The notes below the pieces were generated by a model. That model was not told where the DNA came from and searched no databases. It saw nothing but the letters and a program-made list of their open reading frames with translations. Position numbers and translations under genes: made by a program. From assembly GCA_965205425.1 (NCBI GenBank), contig CBDBGZ010000004.1, positions 160,001-224,000 on the forward strand: a stretch of 64,000 nucleotides of DNA. The letters run 5' to 3'. Positions 9,490-22,062 of the stretch are shown here, piece by piece. Each line of letters starts with the position of its first letter. Within the stretch, counting starts at the first letter, position 1. Origin of the DNA: Nitrosopumilus sp. (GTDB taxonomy: Archaea; Thermoproteota; Nitrososphaeria; Nitrososphaerales; Nitrosopumilaceae).

Positions 9490-10809
9490 CAGTAGATGGG
9501 AAAGTAACTCAAGTTACACATTCTAGAAAATAATTATTTTTGTTATTTCTAAAGTAATGAATAATTATCTTTACAAAGAAATATTTGAGAATTTCAATTG
9601 ATATTATTGGTTTGTGATTTTGTACATTAGTTTCTTCTGAGATAATCAAATTAGCAATTATCCATGCATTGTACAAAATCAAGGAATAGTAAAAATACAA
9701 CAATCTTATGGATTGGTTTGAACTGGTGGTTTTTGGTCTGAACCTTCCCACACATGCATAACCTGTTTCAATCCCCCAACGTTTCTTGTAATCAGTTGGA
9801 ATGTCCTGTATATTTTCAGATATTTCTTTTGGTGAAACGTTTGTTGCAAACACAGCATACTGATCAATAATATCTGATTTTTTTCTTGCATTTTTGTTTG
9901 GTAGAATAACTAGATTAAATGATTCTACATGTCCTGATGATGATTTTATTGTGTATGGCGAGATTGACTTTCTATCTCCATTAACGTATTGTAAAATGGC
10001 ATCTTTGATTCGAGAATTCTTTTTTGCAGGCATTAGAAATTTTAAATTCCTTTGTTTTATTTCTGAAATTGTTCCAGCTGTGAAAAACTCCCTATCCACT
10101 AGCAATAGTTTAATCTTGATTCCATTATTGATGCCATCAGAGAGTAATTTACGCACAAAATCGGCATTTGATATGTTGTCATACAAAGGATAACAACCTA
10201 ATTGAGCCCTGATTCTTTTTTCAACGCACTGCATGGTGCAGTAACTCTCAAAATGAGTAGTACTGTTTTTAGATTTTGATTTTATTAAAGAATGATTTGG
10301 CAATTTGTCATATCTTGGGATTAGATGTTTGTCAATTGCTACAGTAACTGGTTGTTCCAATACTCCCAATTCTTGTAATTTTGATATGGTACTATCCAGT
10401 GAACGATGTAATTGAATTTGCATTGTTTTTTGTGATATTTTTGATATGATTTTTCTCAACCATGAAACCAGTTGGAGAAGCATTATCTGATTCCATTGCC
10501 AGTCTCTTTAATCCAGATTCAGAATATGAATTTCCCAAACACAATGACATGATAGAATTATGTGCGTCTGCATTGTGGAACCGTGAGTTATTTTTACTAG
10601 AGCATGGAAACAATAAGATATTGTACATTATTTTAGTGATAATCTCAAATGCTTTAGATAGTATCACGCCTTGGTGTGTCATGGTATCAAATGAAGTACA
10701 ATGCATATTTGATGGAGTGACATACTTTCATCAAGCTTTTTCTATCTGAATAGATTGATTGAATAATTGATAGTTTTTGATCTAAATTGAGTTACTTTCC
10801 CATCTACTG
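9490..10809 (-). mobile_element. ISH3-like IS, copy 2 (inverted)
   Basis: IRs cagtagatgggaaagtaactc at both ends; transposase near-identical to copy 1, same split. Confidence 0.9.
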
Positions 10810-11356
10810 AAAAACCCAAAATTCTTCTCATAAATCACAGTACCGTAATTTACGGTATTGTTTGTTAAAAATGGATCGTTATGATCGCATATTGTGATCA
10901 TTTCAATCCATAATGATCATCATCATTACTTGACCAGATATCACGAAAGGATAACTGTGGACAAGATTACATTATTGTAGAAAAGTGATTTTGCCCAAAA
11001 TGAAATGATTTACTCTGATATGTTATCCTCATAGATTCTCTTTAGTTTGGAGCTACATGTAGGACACTGTTGCTTGCTATGAATCGTACTGCATTGGGCA
11101 CAGCAAAACTCTGTAGAATTAGAATTTTGATTCAGTCTTGCTATCTGCTCTTGCAGTTCAGCAATCTTTTTCTTGTTTTCTTCAGCATCTTGCTGTTGTT
11201 GTTTGAGAAATGATTCATGTCTCGTAAGTATGGAATCTTTATTTTGATCTGCAATTTCTTTTGCTTTGAGTTTTGCCAAGGCATCATTGAGTTCAATCTT
11301 TAAAGAATCTGAATCATCATTTCCTGATACAACGTTTGAGAATTTTGTAAATATGT

Positions 11357-12497
11357 GAGACATGGGCATAACTAATTCTAATTTTTGAGTCAATTCTCAA
11401 ATTATTCAAATAGAAAAAGCTAAGGATCTTATCATGTTTTGTTCATTGTAATGTCAAAACAAATGAAAATCCCTAACAAGATTCTATCGGAATCATTTCT
11501 TATTGGTATTTTGTATTTGGTGGGAATGTTGTCTTTGTATGAAGAGATACTGAAACCTGGTAGACCGTACGTATACTCTACAATTCTAATGGTACAGCTG
11601 TCCATCATAAAATCTTGGATGAGAATTCCTAGTAACAATACATTACATTATTTCCTTTCAATCAAACCTTCCAATGACAAACTGCTCAAGGTTTGCAAAT
11701 TAACTCAAATTCCAGACAGAAGAACTATTGACAGACGATTTCAATTTCTACCAATTAGTGACATGATTAGTACCATGGGCAACAAATTCATCTCAGAGGG
11801 ATTGGTGGAAAATGTTTCAGCATCAGGGGATAGTTCAATGCTAAAAGCAGATGGTCCAGTATGGCACAAATCAGACATAAGGAACAATCGTCTACCAATC
11901 CCAGGAATTGATACTGATGCAAAATGGGGTTTTTCAAAATCAAAGGGTTGGATATTTGGATACAAACTGCACATGAGTTGCAGTACTGGAAAACTGATAG
12001 TTCCATTGTCTGCTGATGTCTCAACTGCAAATGTTTCTGATGGTAAAATGTATGAAACGTTAGTCAAACCACTTGCAGGACTGGTTGAAAATATTTTATG
12101 TGATGTGCCATATGATGATAAATCATTATATCAGTTTAGTGATGAGAGACATTTGAGATTGATTTGTTCTATCAAAATATATCCATCAACACCGCCAGAG
12201 CGAATCAAACTTGCAGATTTTTATAATTCTGTACAAGGTCAAGAGTTGTACTCACAAAGAAAAGTCTCAATTGAACCTTTATTTGAAATATTCAAAGATA
12301 CGTTCAACATTAGAACTGTACATGTGAAAGGATTTGACAACGTGAAATCATTTGTATTGGTTTGTGTGTTGGTGTATCAACTTGTAGTATATTACAACTG
12401 TATAATTGGAGCAGAAAATCCAAGAACTGTAAAGAGAATGCTTTGCTGTTAGGAAATGACTGAGAGTTATTTTTGTAAATAATTATGCCCAAGTCTC
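11357..12497 (+). mobile_element. DDE IS (IS982/ISNCY-like), transposase 11439-12452
   Basis: IR gagacatgggcataa / ttatgcccaagtctc; 8-bp TSD aaatatgt; DSS, GYKLH, RKVSIEPLF motifs. Confidence 0.9.
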
Positions 12498-13860
12498 AAA
12501 TATGTTTAGTCGCTTGGAAGCTTTAGCATATTCCGTTCTTATGCTGTCTGGGAATAATTTTGCTTGTTTTTTGTAAGAGTTTTTTGGTTTGTGTCCCACC
12601 ACTTCTTCTACTACATCTTCACGGCAATTACAATCAGTTAAAACAGATACCAATACATCACGAATCTCATGTGAATCCATATTGTAGATATTTTTTTCGT
12701 TGGCAGTCTTACCGATTATTTTTAATATTCCTGCTCTTGTGGCAATTCTATGAAAAGCATGACTTATCCACCAATCAGTAATTGGTTTTCCAAATTTGTT
12801 TAAAAATATTGGTTCTCCAATTTGTATATCTTGTTTTGTCTGCTTTTTTCTGAAATCAAGATACCTCTGTAATTCATAAACTGCATCTCTATCAAGACAT
12901 CCAATATGGTTGTAATCTACTTTGATTCTTACAAGGGTGATTGGTACAGGGCATTTATTGAGATCCCATGAATTGTAATTTTCAGAACCAAAATATTTGA
13001 CTAGTTGTTCCAATGCTTCAAAATTGAATCTATCGGCCAATGTTGCTCGGTCCAATCCCCTATGAAATTTACATAAAAATAACGCTTTTTCCATTATTGA
13101 GGGTTTACCGACAGTCAAAAATTTCATCAAATCAGATAATGTCATACTTTGTTCTTCTATGGTATTGTTGTTTGTGATTGTCGGATCATATTGAAAATTA
13201 ATCTCTTGTTCATTTTTTTCAAAATATGATACTATTGCAGATTTGATCAACGTTAATGAACTTGCTTTAAAATTTGAATGTTTTTCATCAAGAAGATATT
13301 GTTTTATGATTCGTATGATTGTCTTTTTTTCTATGAATGGTCCTTCTAAAATGTTTAAAATTTCCTCCACATTTTGAAATTGTCTATATTCAGTTTTTTG
13401 CGTGAATGCACTTTCATCAATACGATGCAGAGTTTGAATTTTGAATCTCCTTTCATTATTTTCAATGTCTGGTGATGTAAGCCATTTGTTAAAATTCCAT
13501 AATTGACGTAAATATGCTTTTTTGGTACTATTTTGTGCTGTTTTGGCATTTTTTTGTCTATTTCCCCTTAATTGAGATTGCCAGTATTGAATTGATTTTA
13601 TCTGTATAAACCATGTAGGAATATGTGTATCATCAATTCTTTCAACCATATTGTTGTCTTTGGCAAATTTCATCATTTTTTGACTTTTCAGCAATGCACT
13701 TTCTTTTTTATTATTACATATTTTTAAAAGGATTTTTTTATTTTTCTCAAATAATGAATTTGCTGTAACTGTTTCGCCAATTTTCGGGAAACATATTTTT
13801 TCAAATGTCATTGGAAATTCTTGATTATCTGTAATAACTGTATAGAGGTATGACTGTTTC

Positions 13861-14889
13861 TGTTGTATCCCAAAATCAGTTCGTCCCTTATTTGACATCG
13901 TATTCTTCTCCTGTCTGCTCATCAATAACTCTTGTTCCTTTCTCTGGCATCTTTCTTGCATATGCCTTTGCAGGGGTCTCAAGATTATCCCAGTCAAGTG
14001 ACATGTGTGGCTTTATGTGATTGTACCAGTGGACCAGCTCATCAATGGTGCCAAACCATTTCTGCTTTCTCTGAATCTCGCCGTGAAATCTTTCGAGCTT
14101 GCCATTGGTTTGAGGATGGTTCACTCTTGCCATGATATGCTTTATCTCTAATTTTACCAGTTCTTGCTCAAACTGGGATGCTCCTTTTCTCTTGTATTCT
14201 GATTGGTTTGCATAAAACTGGGAGCCATGATCAGTTAGAATTGATGCAGGCCTACCGTGCTTTGCAATTGCCTCATGTAATACTACAAGTGCGTTATCTG
14301 TTGTTGCCTCTGCAAACACTCCATGAGAAACGATAAACCTTGATGCGTCATCCTGGTAGCATAAGAACCATCTGCCATCATCTAGCTTCTTCCAGTCAGT
14401 ATGCCACATGGAGTTTGAATATGTCCTCTCGTATCTAACCCACTTTCGTCTTCTCCTCTTCTTTGGCTGAGCTTCTGCCAACCCTTCATCTCTCATAATT
14501 TTGTGTATGGTATTGTGAGGTATGTGTGTTCCAGTAGTATCAATTATTTTCTCCAAGAATACTGCAGAACACCTGAACTTTTCAAATGCTGACTGGACAG
14601 TCTGTACCATCTGCTCTGTGATTATTCCCTTTGGCCTTCCAGGCTTGCCTAGAATCGGAACTGCACCAGTACGGCTATACCGTGAGTAGAGTTTCTGCAC
14701 CCACCGAACAGATATCTTCATGGATGAGGCTACGTCTGCGTTCTTGGCACCATCCTCTTTTGACTTGATTATCCAGGATATCTGGATTGGATCTAATTTT
14801 TGCATAATCTTGTGATTCTTTCCTCTTTTCCAAACGTATCTTGACTTTAGTCTGGAAATAATGGGGTGAACTAATTTGAGGATAATAGA
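13861..14889 (-). mobile_element. IS481-like IS type A, transposase 13888-14805
   Basis: WHTDWK, DDASR, TDHGSQF, QTNGKLER; 15-bp direct repeat aggtatgactgtttc on both flanks. Confidence 0.9.
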
Positions 14890-14912
14890 AGGTATGACTG
14901 TTTCACATACAT

Positions 14913-15956
14913 TCTATCTTTTCCGGAAATTAGTTCACCCCTTAACTAGGAGAGCATCATTCCCATACTATCGTATGCGTGGGTATCGTGGCATACCTAT
15001 GGTAAAGTTAGATGAGAATAAGATCAGGTGGATTATACAATCTAAAAATGAAAAAGTCAAGAATTTAGATATTTCAGTAATCCTCAAGATAACGCCTAGA
15101 AGAGTACAACAAGTCTACTCTCAGTACAAAAAAACCAAAAAGATTCCCACACTCAAAAGACCAGGGCGTCCAAAAAAGCCAGTCACTGTACACGAGATAG
15201 AGCTAGTCAAACAAGTTCAAGAAAAATTTCATACAAACGCACTATACCTTGAGAAAATCATATCAAAATTGTACAATACCAAGATAAACCACAATCGCAT
15301 CCACAAGATTATGCTAGATGAAGGATTATCAGTTGAGCAACCACGGAAAAAGATGAGAAGAAAGTGGATCAGGTATGAACGTGAATATTCAAATTCACTG
15401 TGGCATACTGACTGGCACACAATACATGATTCACGCTGGGCAGGAAAACAACTAATTGCATTTGAAGATGATGCCTCACGATTTATCACGGGTTTCGGAG
15501 TGTATGATGAGGCAACATCTGTGAATTCTTCTGAAGTACTATCTGATGCAATAAAGAATCACGGTAGACCAGCATCTGTACTATCTGATAATGGAAAACA
15601 GTTCACATCAAATGTCAATACTCTTGATCATAACAAGCCAGTAGACTTTGAGCAGCAACTAATGAGACATCACGTAAAGCACTCTCGTACAAGAGTGAGA
15701 CATCCACAAACAAATGGTAAGCTAGAAAAGTTCTGGGATATCTTTGAGTGTAAAATAGAATACTTTGAGTCAGTGGAGCAGTTTATGCATTGGTACAATC
15801 ACATTAGAGTTCATGGCGCACTAGACTTGGATAACATGGAGACACCATCTGATGCGTATCACTCCAAGATGATAACAAACGAAATACTCATAGACCCAAG
15901 CATTCTATGGAGGAATTACTCATGAAAGTGACACGAAATAATTTCTGGAAAGAACA
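14913..15956 (+). mobile_element. IS481-like IS type B, transposase ~14999-15925
   Basis: WHTDWH, SDNGKQF, QTNGKLEK; near-identical copy at 32097-33140. Confidence 0.9.
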
Positions 15957-16116
15957 AATTTACTGTTCTTGCAAAATACTGATACATATTCAAATTAAAT
16001 TTGTGCGTTCTAAAATATTCCATAACTGTATGCCTCATCTCACGAATAGATTCATAAAATTCTGATTCAACATTAACATGTTTGCACTGTCTCCAAATCT
16101 CTTCAATCATACTCAA
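15957..16116 (-). pseudogene. IS630-family transposase C-terminal remnant
   Basis: IEEIWRQCK...FYESI motif. Confidence 0.6.
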
Positions 16117-16171
16117 ATGTGGAGAACCTCTCAGAATTGATTTATATGATAAAATAAAAAGTCAAATTAGC

Positions 16172-16579
16172 ATGAGCCAAGAAAATCCATCATCTACAAA
16201 CAATGCTTTTGTTCAAACAGACGATCTATATTCAATATACGAACAAACTACTCTGAAATATTTTGAGAATGTTAGAAAGAACTATCCACAATACTTTCAG
16301 GCACTGACTAATTTCCAGCAAGAATGCATAAAGACATTTGAGAATACCATACACACCATGATTAAAACACAACAAAACTATGCCAAACAATATAGCATGA
16401 ATAGTATAATTTCAACAGATGCAAAAAATACAATATCAGAGTGCACCTCACAGATGATTCAGGCAAGTGATATAAATTCCAAAATCAGAAAGACCGTACT
16501 TGATACGATGACTGAAAATCTCAAAGTTTTCAATGACAGTGTAAAGTCATTTGCCGATGTATCCAAGTCTGCAAACTAG
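16172..16579 (+). CDS. thaumarchaeal helical (phasin-like) protein
   Basis: YPQYFQALTNFQQECIK pattern; likely start MSQENP. Confidence 0.55.
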   Translation: MSQENPSSTNNAFVQTDDLYSIYEQTTLKYFENVRKNYPQYFQALTNFQQECIKTFENTIHTMIKTQQNYAKQYSMNSIISTDAKNTISECTSQMIQASDINSKIRKTVLDTMTENLKVFNDSVKSFADVSKSAN

Positions 16580-17068
16580 AAAAAAATCATATCTGATGAA
16601 ATGTTAAATTTAATTTTTTATTTTACAAATCATTCCAAGCTAGAGACATTCCAAGCTAGAATGAATCTTTTTTATTTTCATAAAATTAGTTCTTTTATGA
16701 TGTGACGTTATTTTTTGTTTTATGAATTGTAATGTAGTAGAATCATGACTGTATTTCTCAGATTCTACTAATTTTAGAAAAAACAATGAACTGAGGAGAT
16801 GTTGCAAAGACTAGGCCCACGTGCATTTAATTTTATTTACATTTAATTTTTTGATTTTAGGATAAAATTAATTTAAAATTTCAGGACTGGGCCCCCTTGC
16901 ATCTCAAATTAATTTCAATGTAAAATGAGATTAACTTTTCATTTTTAAACTTCATTCCGGGATTCTCATGCGATGTCACATTAATTTCAGGTATTGTGCT
17001 GGGATTATTCCATTTCAGAAAAGTTTTGTATCCATGAAATGATAGTACAGTGTAAATAGAGTCAATTT

Positions 17069-18535
17069 ATGAAGGTGTACAATAACATGAATTATACAAA
17101 AAACAATCAAAAAATGACTTTCTTGTTTGCTGGAATAATTGGTATGATGATATTACCATTTGGTACAATGAGCGATACTTTTGCCCAGAGTGAACCCGGT
17201 GAGGATTCTACAGGCAAGACAGGACCAGTTGGAACTGTAAATGAATCTGCTGATATCAAATTACAGGAATTAGAAAAAAAACAACAGGATCTAAAAAACA
17301 AACATCATGCAATAAATGAGGAATTCAACAGTACCAATTCAACTAAAAAAATTATAGAATTAAAGTCAGACTACATCCAGACCATCAAAGAACTCAACGT
17401 CATATCTTATGTAGAGCCTGAAAGAGATTACCTTGCAGAATGGACAGCATTGGATTCAACAATAATGGATCTTGAGGACAAACAAATAGAGGAATACTCT
17501 GAGCAAAGACAGCAAATAATTGATGCCCTATATCAGCAAATGCATCAATTGGATCAAGATAGTATTGATTCAATGAAATTAGATCCACACGTTAAAGAAG
17601 AACTAGAGTCCTTAGAATCTGAACTAATTGCCATGTATTTTGACCATACTGCTGATATCTATGTCGGAAAGTCTTCTGTGATATATCCTTACATTGATCA
17701 TGAGCAACAAAATGTGGTTCTTTTGATTGACGAGACCAAAACACTTGATGTAAAAGATATTTCATCAATTTCAATTGCACAAAATGTGCTTGAAAATTAC
17801 AATGTAACTGTTGCCTTTACAACATTTACAGAAATATCGTGTTCCAATGTCACTTCTGACTGTGATCCTCTAATTGGAGGCATATCACTTGCCAGAGATG
17901 ATTCAAGAAATTCTCTTGCAGGAAGTGTGGGATTTAGAGCCAAAGACAGTAGTAACAATGTTGGTTTTGTAACTGCAGGACATGTAGTTCAATATAGGGA
18001 TTCCACAAACACGCAGATGCATCAACCAGTTGGCGGTTCTGTAGTTGGTACAATCTCAGACAATGGTGATATGGTATGCTATACTGCTGGTGGAGTAGAC
18101 AGTGGTGAACAAACAAGCAACAACAAAAACTGTGACTTTGCATTTGTCAAGATGAACCGCGGTGTATCAATCAATGATGACATATACAAGTCATCTAGAA
18201 GCACATATGATATCAACAGTATGGCAACTGAATCCAATCATCGGGAAGGAAAACTGTTGAAATGGGTTGGTGCAGTAAGTGGGGTACAGCAGGGCAGAAT
18301 CAATGCTTGTCATAATCTTATCCAAGTATGTTCCATTGAAGTGAATTCTCACCCTAGTACTGGTGGTGATAGTGGCGGCCCTGTATTTGAAGGGAGAACA
18401 GCTTCACGAAATACATTCACTGCAAATATTTTTGGCATTAATACTCACATTGCAACTATTAACGGTGAAAACTTGTTCATATACGAACCATCATACAAAA
18501 TCATGGATGAACTAAATCTTAGACCATATCATTGA
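17069..18535 (+). CDS. secreted chymotrypsin-like (S1) serine protease with long pro-region, copy A
   Basis: Signal peptide; GFVTAGH, CDFAFV, GGDSGGP triad motifs. Confidence 0.85.
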   Translation: MKVYNNMNYTKNNQKMTFLFAGIIGMMILPFGTMSDTFAQSEPGEDSTGKTGPVGTVNESADIKLQELEKKQQDLKNKHHAINEEFNSTNSTKKIIELKSDYIQTIKELNVISYVEPERDYLAEWTALDSTIMDLEDKQIEEYSEQRQQIIDALYQQMHQLDQDSIDSMKLDPHVKEELESLESELIAMYFDHTADIYVGKSSVIYPYIDHEQQNVVLLIDETKTLDVKDISSISIAQNVLENYNVTVAFTTFTEISCSNVTSDCDPLIGGISLARDDSRNSLAGSVGFRAKDSSNNVGFVTAGHVVQYRDSTNTQMHQPVGGSVVGTISDNGDMVCYTAGGVDSGEQTSNNKNCDFAFVKMNRGVSINDDIYKSSRSTYDINSMATESNHREGKLLKWVGAVSGVQQGRINACHNLIQVCSIEVNSHPSTGGDSGGPVFEGRTASRNTFTANIFGINTHIATINGENLFIYEPSYKIMDELNLRPYH

Positions 18536-19143
18536 TCCTTTTTCTTTTTTGTTCTATTTCCTTATTGTTTCTTTTACATATTCCAGTATCTTACGGAATA
18601 GAAGAAAGTCTGTCTGTTTTAGGGCCTGGCAACTACAATGACACACGATATCTTTTTTATTATAATGTGGAAAACTCTACAGTAATTGACAAGCAAGATC
18701 CATATGATGATTTTTCTTTTGGATTCAATACAACATTGAATACAGATGGGTTTATGAAGTTCAAGGCTCCAAAAAACTATCCATATGATCAGACATATGA
18801 TCCTGTTTGGGCTTTTTTTACATTTATGAATGGCACTAGAGGTGATATTATTCTTGACAAACACACGGTATTGCCAAATGATTGTTTTTATGAAGTAGAT
18901 GTGTTTGTAGGAGACATTAGAGATATTGCATTTTTTACTATATGGGCTCTTTCACTTGATCTTGTTTATCACCCATTAGATGTTCCAGACAAATGTCTCT
19001 CTCAGACCATTGAAGGATACAAAACTATGGATGATTCTCACGCTATGGAAATATGGAAAAACATACGAGGGGAATCAGTATCTGTTTTTTCATCCTCTGT
19101 TGAGAAATTAATTCAATGGGGATATCTTGTAGAAAAACAATAA
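18532..19143 (+). CDS. secreted partner protein of protease A
   Basis: Overlaps protease stop; signal peptide; paralog of 34738-35322. Confidence 0.75.
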   Translation: MILFLFCSISLLFLLHIPVSYGIEESLSVLGPGNYNDTRYLFYYNVENSTVIDKQDPYDDFSFGFNTTLNTDGFMKFKAPKNYPYDQTYDPVWAFFTFMNGTRGDIILDKHTVLPNDCFYEVDVFVGDIRDIAFFTIWALSLDLVYHPLDVPDKCLSQTIEGYKTMDDSHAMEIWKNIRGESVSVFSSSVEKLIQWGYLVEKQ

Positions 19144-19541
19144 AAATTACACTGTTACATCTTAGGTCGTTTTTACCAATTTCCCCATTTTCAAACTAGT
19201 GTTACATTCGGTTGGTAAAGTGTTACGTTAGGGTGATAAATTTACAATAATTCAAAATAAAGACAATCTTGAATCTATTCCTAAATAATTATAGTCATAG
19301 TTCAGGTAAAGAACAGACTTCGGTTATTTTTTTCCAGTTAAAAGAAATATCTGGTTTTCCTTTGGTTGTTTCTATCAAAGACAAAGATCGCCACAATATG
19401 AATTCATATTTGAGAAATCATACTCTGCTATAGCGAAAAGATAAAGTTCGTGAACTAAATAATCCCAAAACAAAAAACTTTTTGATCAGTTAACCCAACA
19501 AAATACATGAACAAGTTAGAATCACTTGAAGCAGCATACAA

Positions 19542-20687
19542 TAGTTAAGGCATTAAATATTTGAATAATTTCACAACTCGAACGTCTCCATTATCTAGTC
19601 TCTTCTGCATGTGTTTTCTCATCTCAGTTCCATTTGCAAAGAATGTATTGGCATTACCATTTTTCTCCTCTCTCCACTGTACCTCAATTGGATTGAGTTC
19701 TGGAGTGTATGCAGGAAAATATCTAATTATTACTTTATTTTTTGGTGCTTTGAGAAATTCTTTTACTCTGAGACTTTTGTGGTATGATGCATTATCTGCA
19801 AATAATAACAGTTTCTTACCAAATTGTTTTTGTAGTGACTCTAAAAAATCAAGAAATGAGTCTGTGTTTGATTTATCATAGAATCTGCAAAAAAATACGC
19901 CGTCATCCCCCAATGCACCAAATGATTGAAACTTTTCTCGAGTATAGTTGATTTTGGTTTGTGTATTTTTTCCTTTTAGATACCAGCCTTTTTTGATATT
20001 TGGAGCTATCTTGTTTGTTGACTCATCCAGACATAATGTGGTGTATCCCAATTTGGAATATTTTTTGATACTCCTTTTTGCGTTTTTTTAAAACGGGTTT
20101 GTTCCTCTTTTGAGGCTGATTTGTGATGAGTCTGTCTTGGTTTTTAGATGAGAATCCGATACGGTGCAGCAATTCACGCATTCCTCTTGCAGAGTATAGT
20201 GTGTTGTATTTTTTATTCACATGTGTGATTACCATTCTTGTACTCCACATGAATTGGTTAAATCCAAACTTTTCTGGACCTGAAATTAGATCATCTCTTA
20301 ATGACACTAGTTGTTTTTTTATCTAAGAAACATCTAGAGCCAGAATATTCCTTGCGGCGTGATGCAGATATTCCCTCTCGGTTCATTTGGTTTAACCAAT
20401 TACTAAGAGTTGATGGTATGATATCAAGACTGATGCATATTTGAGAATATGTCATGTCTTGTTTGCGTAGAATTGCAGCCTTTAGTCTTATCTTTGCTTT
20501 TGCATTTTTTTCATTCTTGCATGTTTTTCTTAAAAAATTAATGCTTGTACCTTTCATGAATTGATTCCCAGAGGAAACCTTGGATTGTCTTGTACTCTTT
20601 GACATGGTTTCATGAATTGATTCTACGATCTAGATCTTTTGGGTTAAAATACTTGACAGTTTATTCAGAATTTATATGCCTAAACTA
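19542..20687 (-). mobile_element. IS630-family IS with fragmented transposase (20291-20605, 20023-20307, 19545-20051)
   Basis: LDES, DNASYHKS, PAYTPELNPIE; imperfect IR tagtt(a/t)aggcat; TA at 20688-20689. Confidence 0.85.
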
Positions 20688-21009
20688 TACTCTGGATGTT
20701 GACGGAGTCAGAATAAGACTTGCACTAGTGGACACGCCAGAACGAGAGGAACCAGGATATGCAGAAGCTACTGCATTCACACGCCACAACTGTCCAGTTG
20801 GAAGTACGGCAATGTATGATGCAGATGACGGACAAACTGGCGGCTCTTATGGCAGAGTAATTGGCAAGGTGTGGTGCTTTGGACATCCAGTGGAAACACC
20901 AGACACATCACTGAACGCGATGCTGATTCATGCAGGACATGCAGAAATATTATCCAGATTCTGCAGTGCCAGTGAGTTTAGTTCAGACGATTGGACAAAC
21001 TGCCAGTGA
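20688..21009 (+). pseudogene. thermonuclease (SNase-like), 5' end lost at the IS630 junction
   Basis: TLDVDGVRIRLALVDTPE, YGRVIG, LNAMLI..GHA. Confidence 0.8.
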
Positions 21010-21036
21010 GGTCTCTTCACACAAATATTTTTTTTT

Positions 21037-21115
21037 TGACCTGACAATCCTTCCAAACCCGTATTATCTTTGATTGTACAATCAAAGGCTGACAGGCAGA
21101 CGGGTGTGAGAAAGG
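21037..21115 (+). repeat. structured intergenic repeat type A, copy 1
   Basis: CCTGACA...TGACAGG, ACCCGT...ACGGGT, hairpin 21068-21087. Confidence 0.8.
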
Positions 21116-21149
21116 CAAATGGTGTTTGAGACACCAGAAGGTAAAAAAA

Positions 21150-21527
21150 ATGGGAATGTACGATACAGTAATAGCAACAGTGACATGTCCCTACTGCAAC
21201 AATTCATATCTCCATGAAGACATCCAGACAAAATCATTTGTATGTGATCTCTCAGAGATATATGAAAAGGATGACACACGACATCTCAAAGGCAAAAACG
21301 GCAGACAAAACGCATTTGCCAACATCAAAGACATTGATTTTCCAGGCATTACATCGTGCCAAATGTGCAATGCATATTTGGACGTCACATGCAAGATAAG
21401 GAGATACATCCTCATCAAGGCAATAGTTACAGGAATGAAGACAAAAACCAATGGGAAAAATCCTCATGTTCTAAATTTGAATCCTGGAACAAAATTTGCA
21501 GTAGAGAATCAGTTTTTACGAAAATAA
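21150..21527 (+). CDS. Zn-finger hypothetical protein
   Basis: MGMYDTV..CPYC..IQTKSF..CQMC. Confidence 0.7.
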   Translation: MGMYDTVIATVTCPYCNNSYLHEDIQTKSFVCDLSEIYEKDDTRHLKGKNGRQNAFANIKDIDFPGITSCQMCNAYLDVTCKIRRYILIKAIVTGMKTKTNGKNPHVLNLNPGTKFAVENQFLRK

Positions 21528-21553
21528 AAACAACCCCACAACTTTTTTTTATG

Positions 21554-21620
21554 TGACCTGACAATCCTCTCAAATCCTGCATCATTCCATATGGAACTGA
21601 CAGGCAGACAGGTGTGGAGA
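21554..21620 (+). repeat. structured intergenic repeat type A, copy 2
   Basis: tgacctgacaatcc...ctgacaggcagacaggtgtg; hairpin ttccatatggaa. Confidence 0.8.
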
Positions 21621-21653
21621 TGGTACAGATGCTTGCAGCATCATACAAAAATC

Positions 21654-22037
21654 ATGAAAGAGAAAACAACAAACAAAGTAAGAACCAGTCTAGTGCGAAA
21701 ACAAAACGTGATATTTGTGGCAATGGTAGCAGTTGGGTCATCCCTAACTGTCATGAGTCAACTAACAGATTCGCGACTGCTAAGTGAAGGCATAGCCTTT
21801 ATTATAGTTGGGTTTGTAGGTATGTTAATGTCTTGGACCACGATGGATATTGGCACAAGTATCAAAGAGGCAATATATGATGTTGGCAGACAAAACATGG
21901 TCGCATTGGAATCCATTGCATCATCTCAGAAAGAGATAGCATCTTCTCAAAAGGAGATGGGCAAGTCTCTCAATGAGATCAAAGACATTCTAGGTACACA
22001 TACTACAATTCTAGAGAACCTAGAGAAAAAAGACTGA
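21654..22037 (+). CDS. two-TM membrane protein with C-terminal coiled coil
   Basis: Two hydrophobic segments, IASSQKE heptad repeats; likely start MKEKT. Confidence 0.7.
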   Translation: MKEKTTNKVRTSLVRKQNVIFVAMVAVGSSLTVMSQLTDSRLLSEGIAFIIVGFVGMLMSWTTMDIGTSIKEAIYDVGRQNMVALESIASSQKEIASSQKEMGKSLNEIKDILGTHTTILENLEKKD

Positions 22038-22062
22038 GTTTTCAAAAACCCACAATATTTTT

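Larger units (their letters stand above)
11010..14912 (-). pseudogene. tyrosine recombinase/integrase with C-terminal coiled coil and Zn ribbon, interrupted by two IS
   Basis: HRGLD, HEIR, VGHK...Y motifs; removing both IS restores MYVKQSYLY...RLNIFTKFSNV...CAQC..CPTC. Confidence 0.85.

Noticed and set aside
11357..11393. ORF 11010-11393 as an independent gene
   Set aside because: Its start lies inside the IS; the remainder is the integrase C-terminus.
13861..13997. N-terminal extension of ORF 12483-13997, and ORFs 52779-52967 and 53646-54032
   Set aside because: Chimeric frames running across IS481 junctions, not genuine genes.
16631..16660. Short tandem duplication cattccaagctaga
   Set aside because: Only two copies; likely slippage or an insertion scar with no supporting context.
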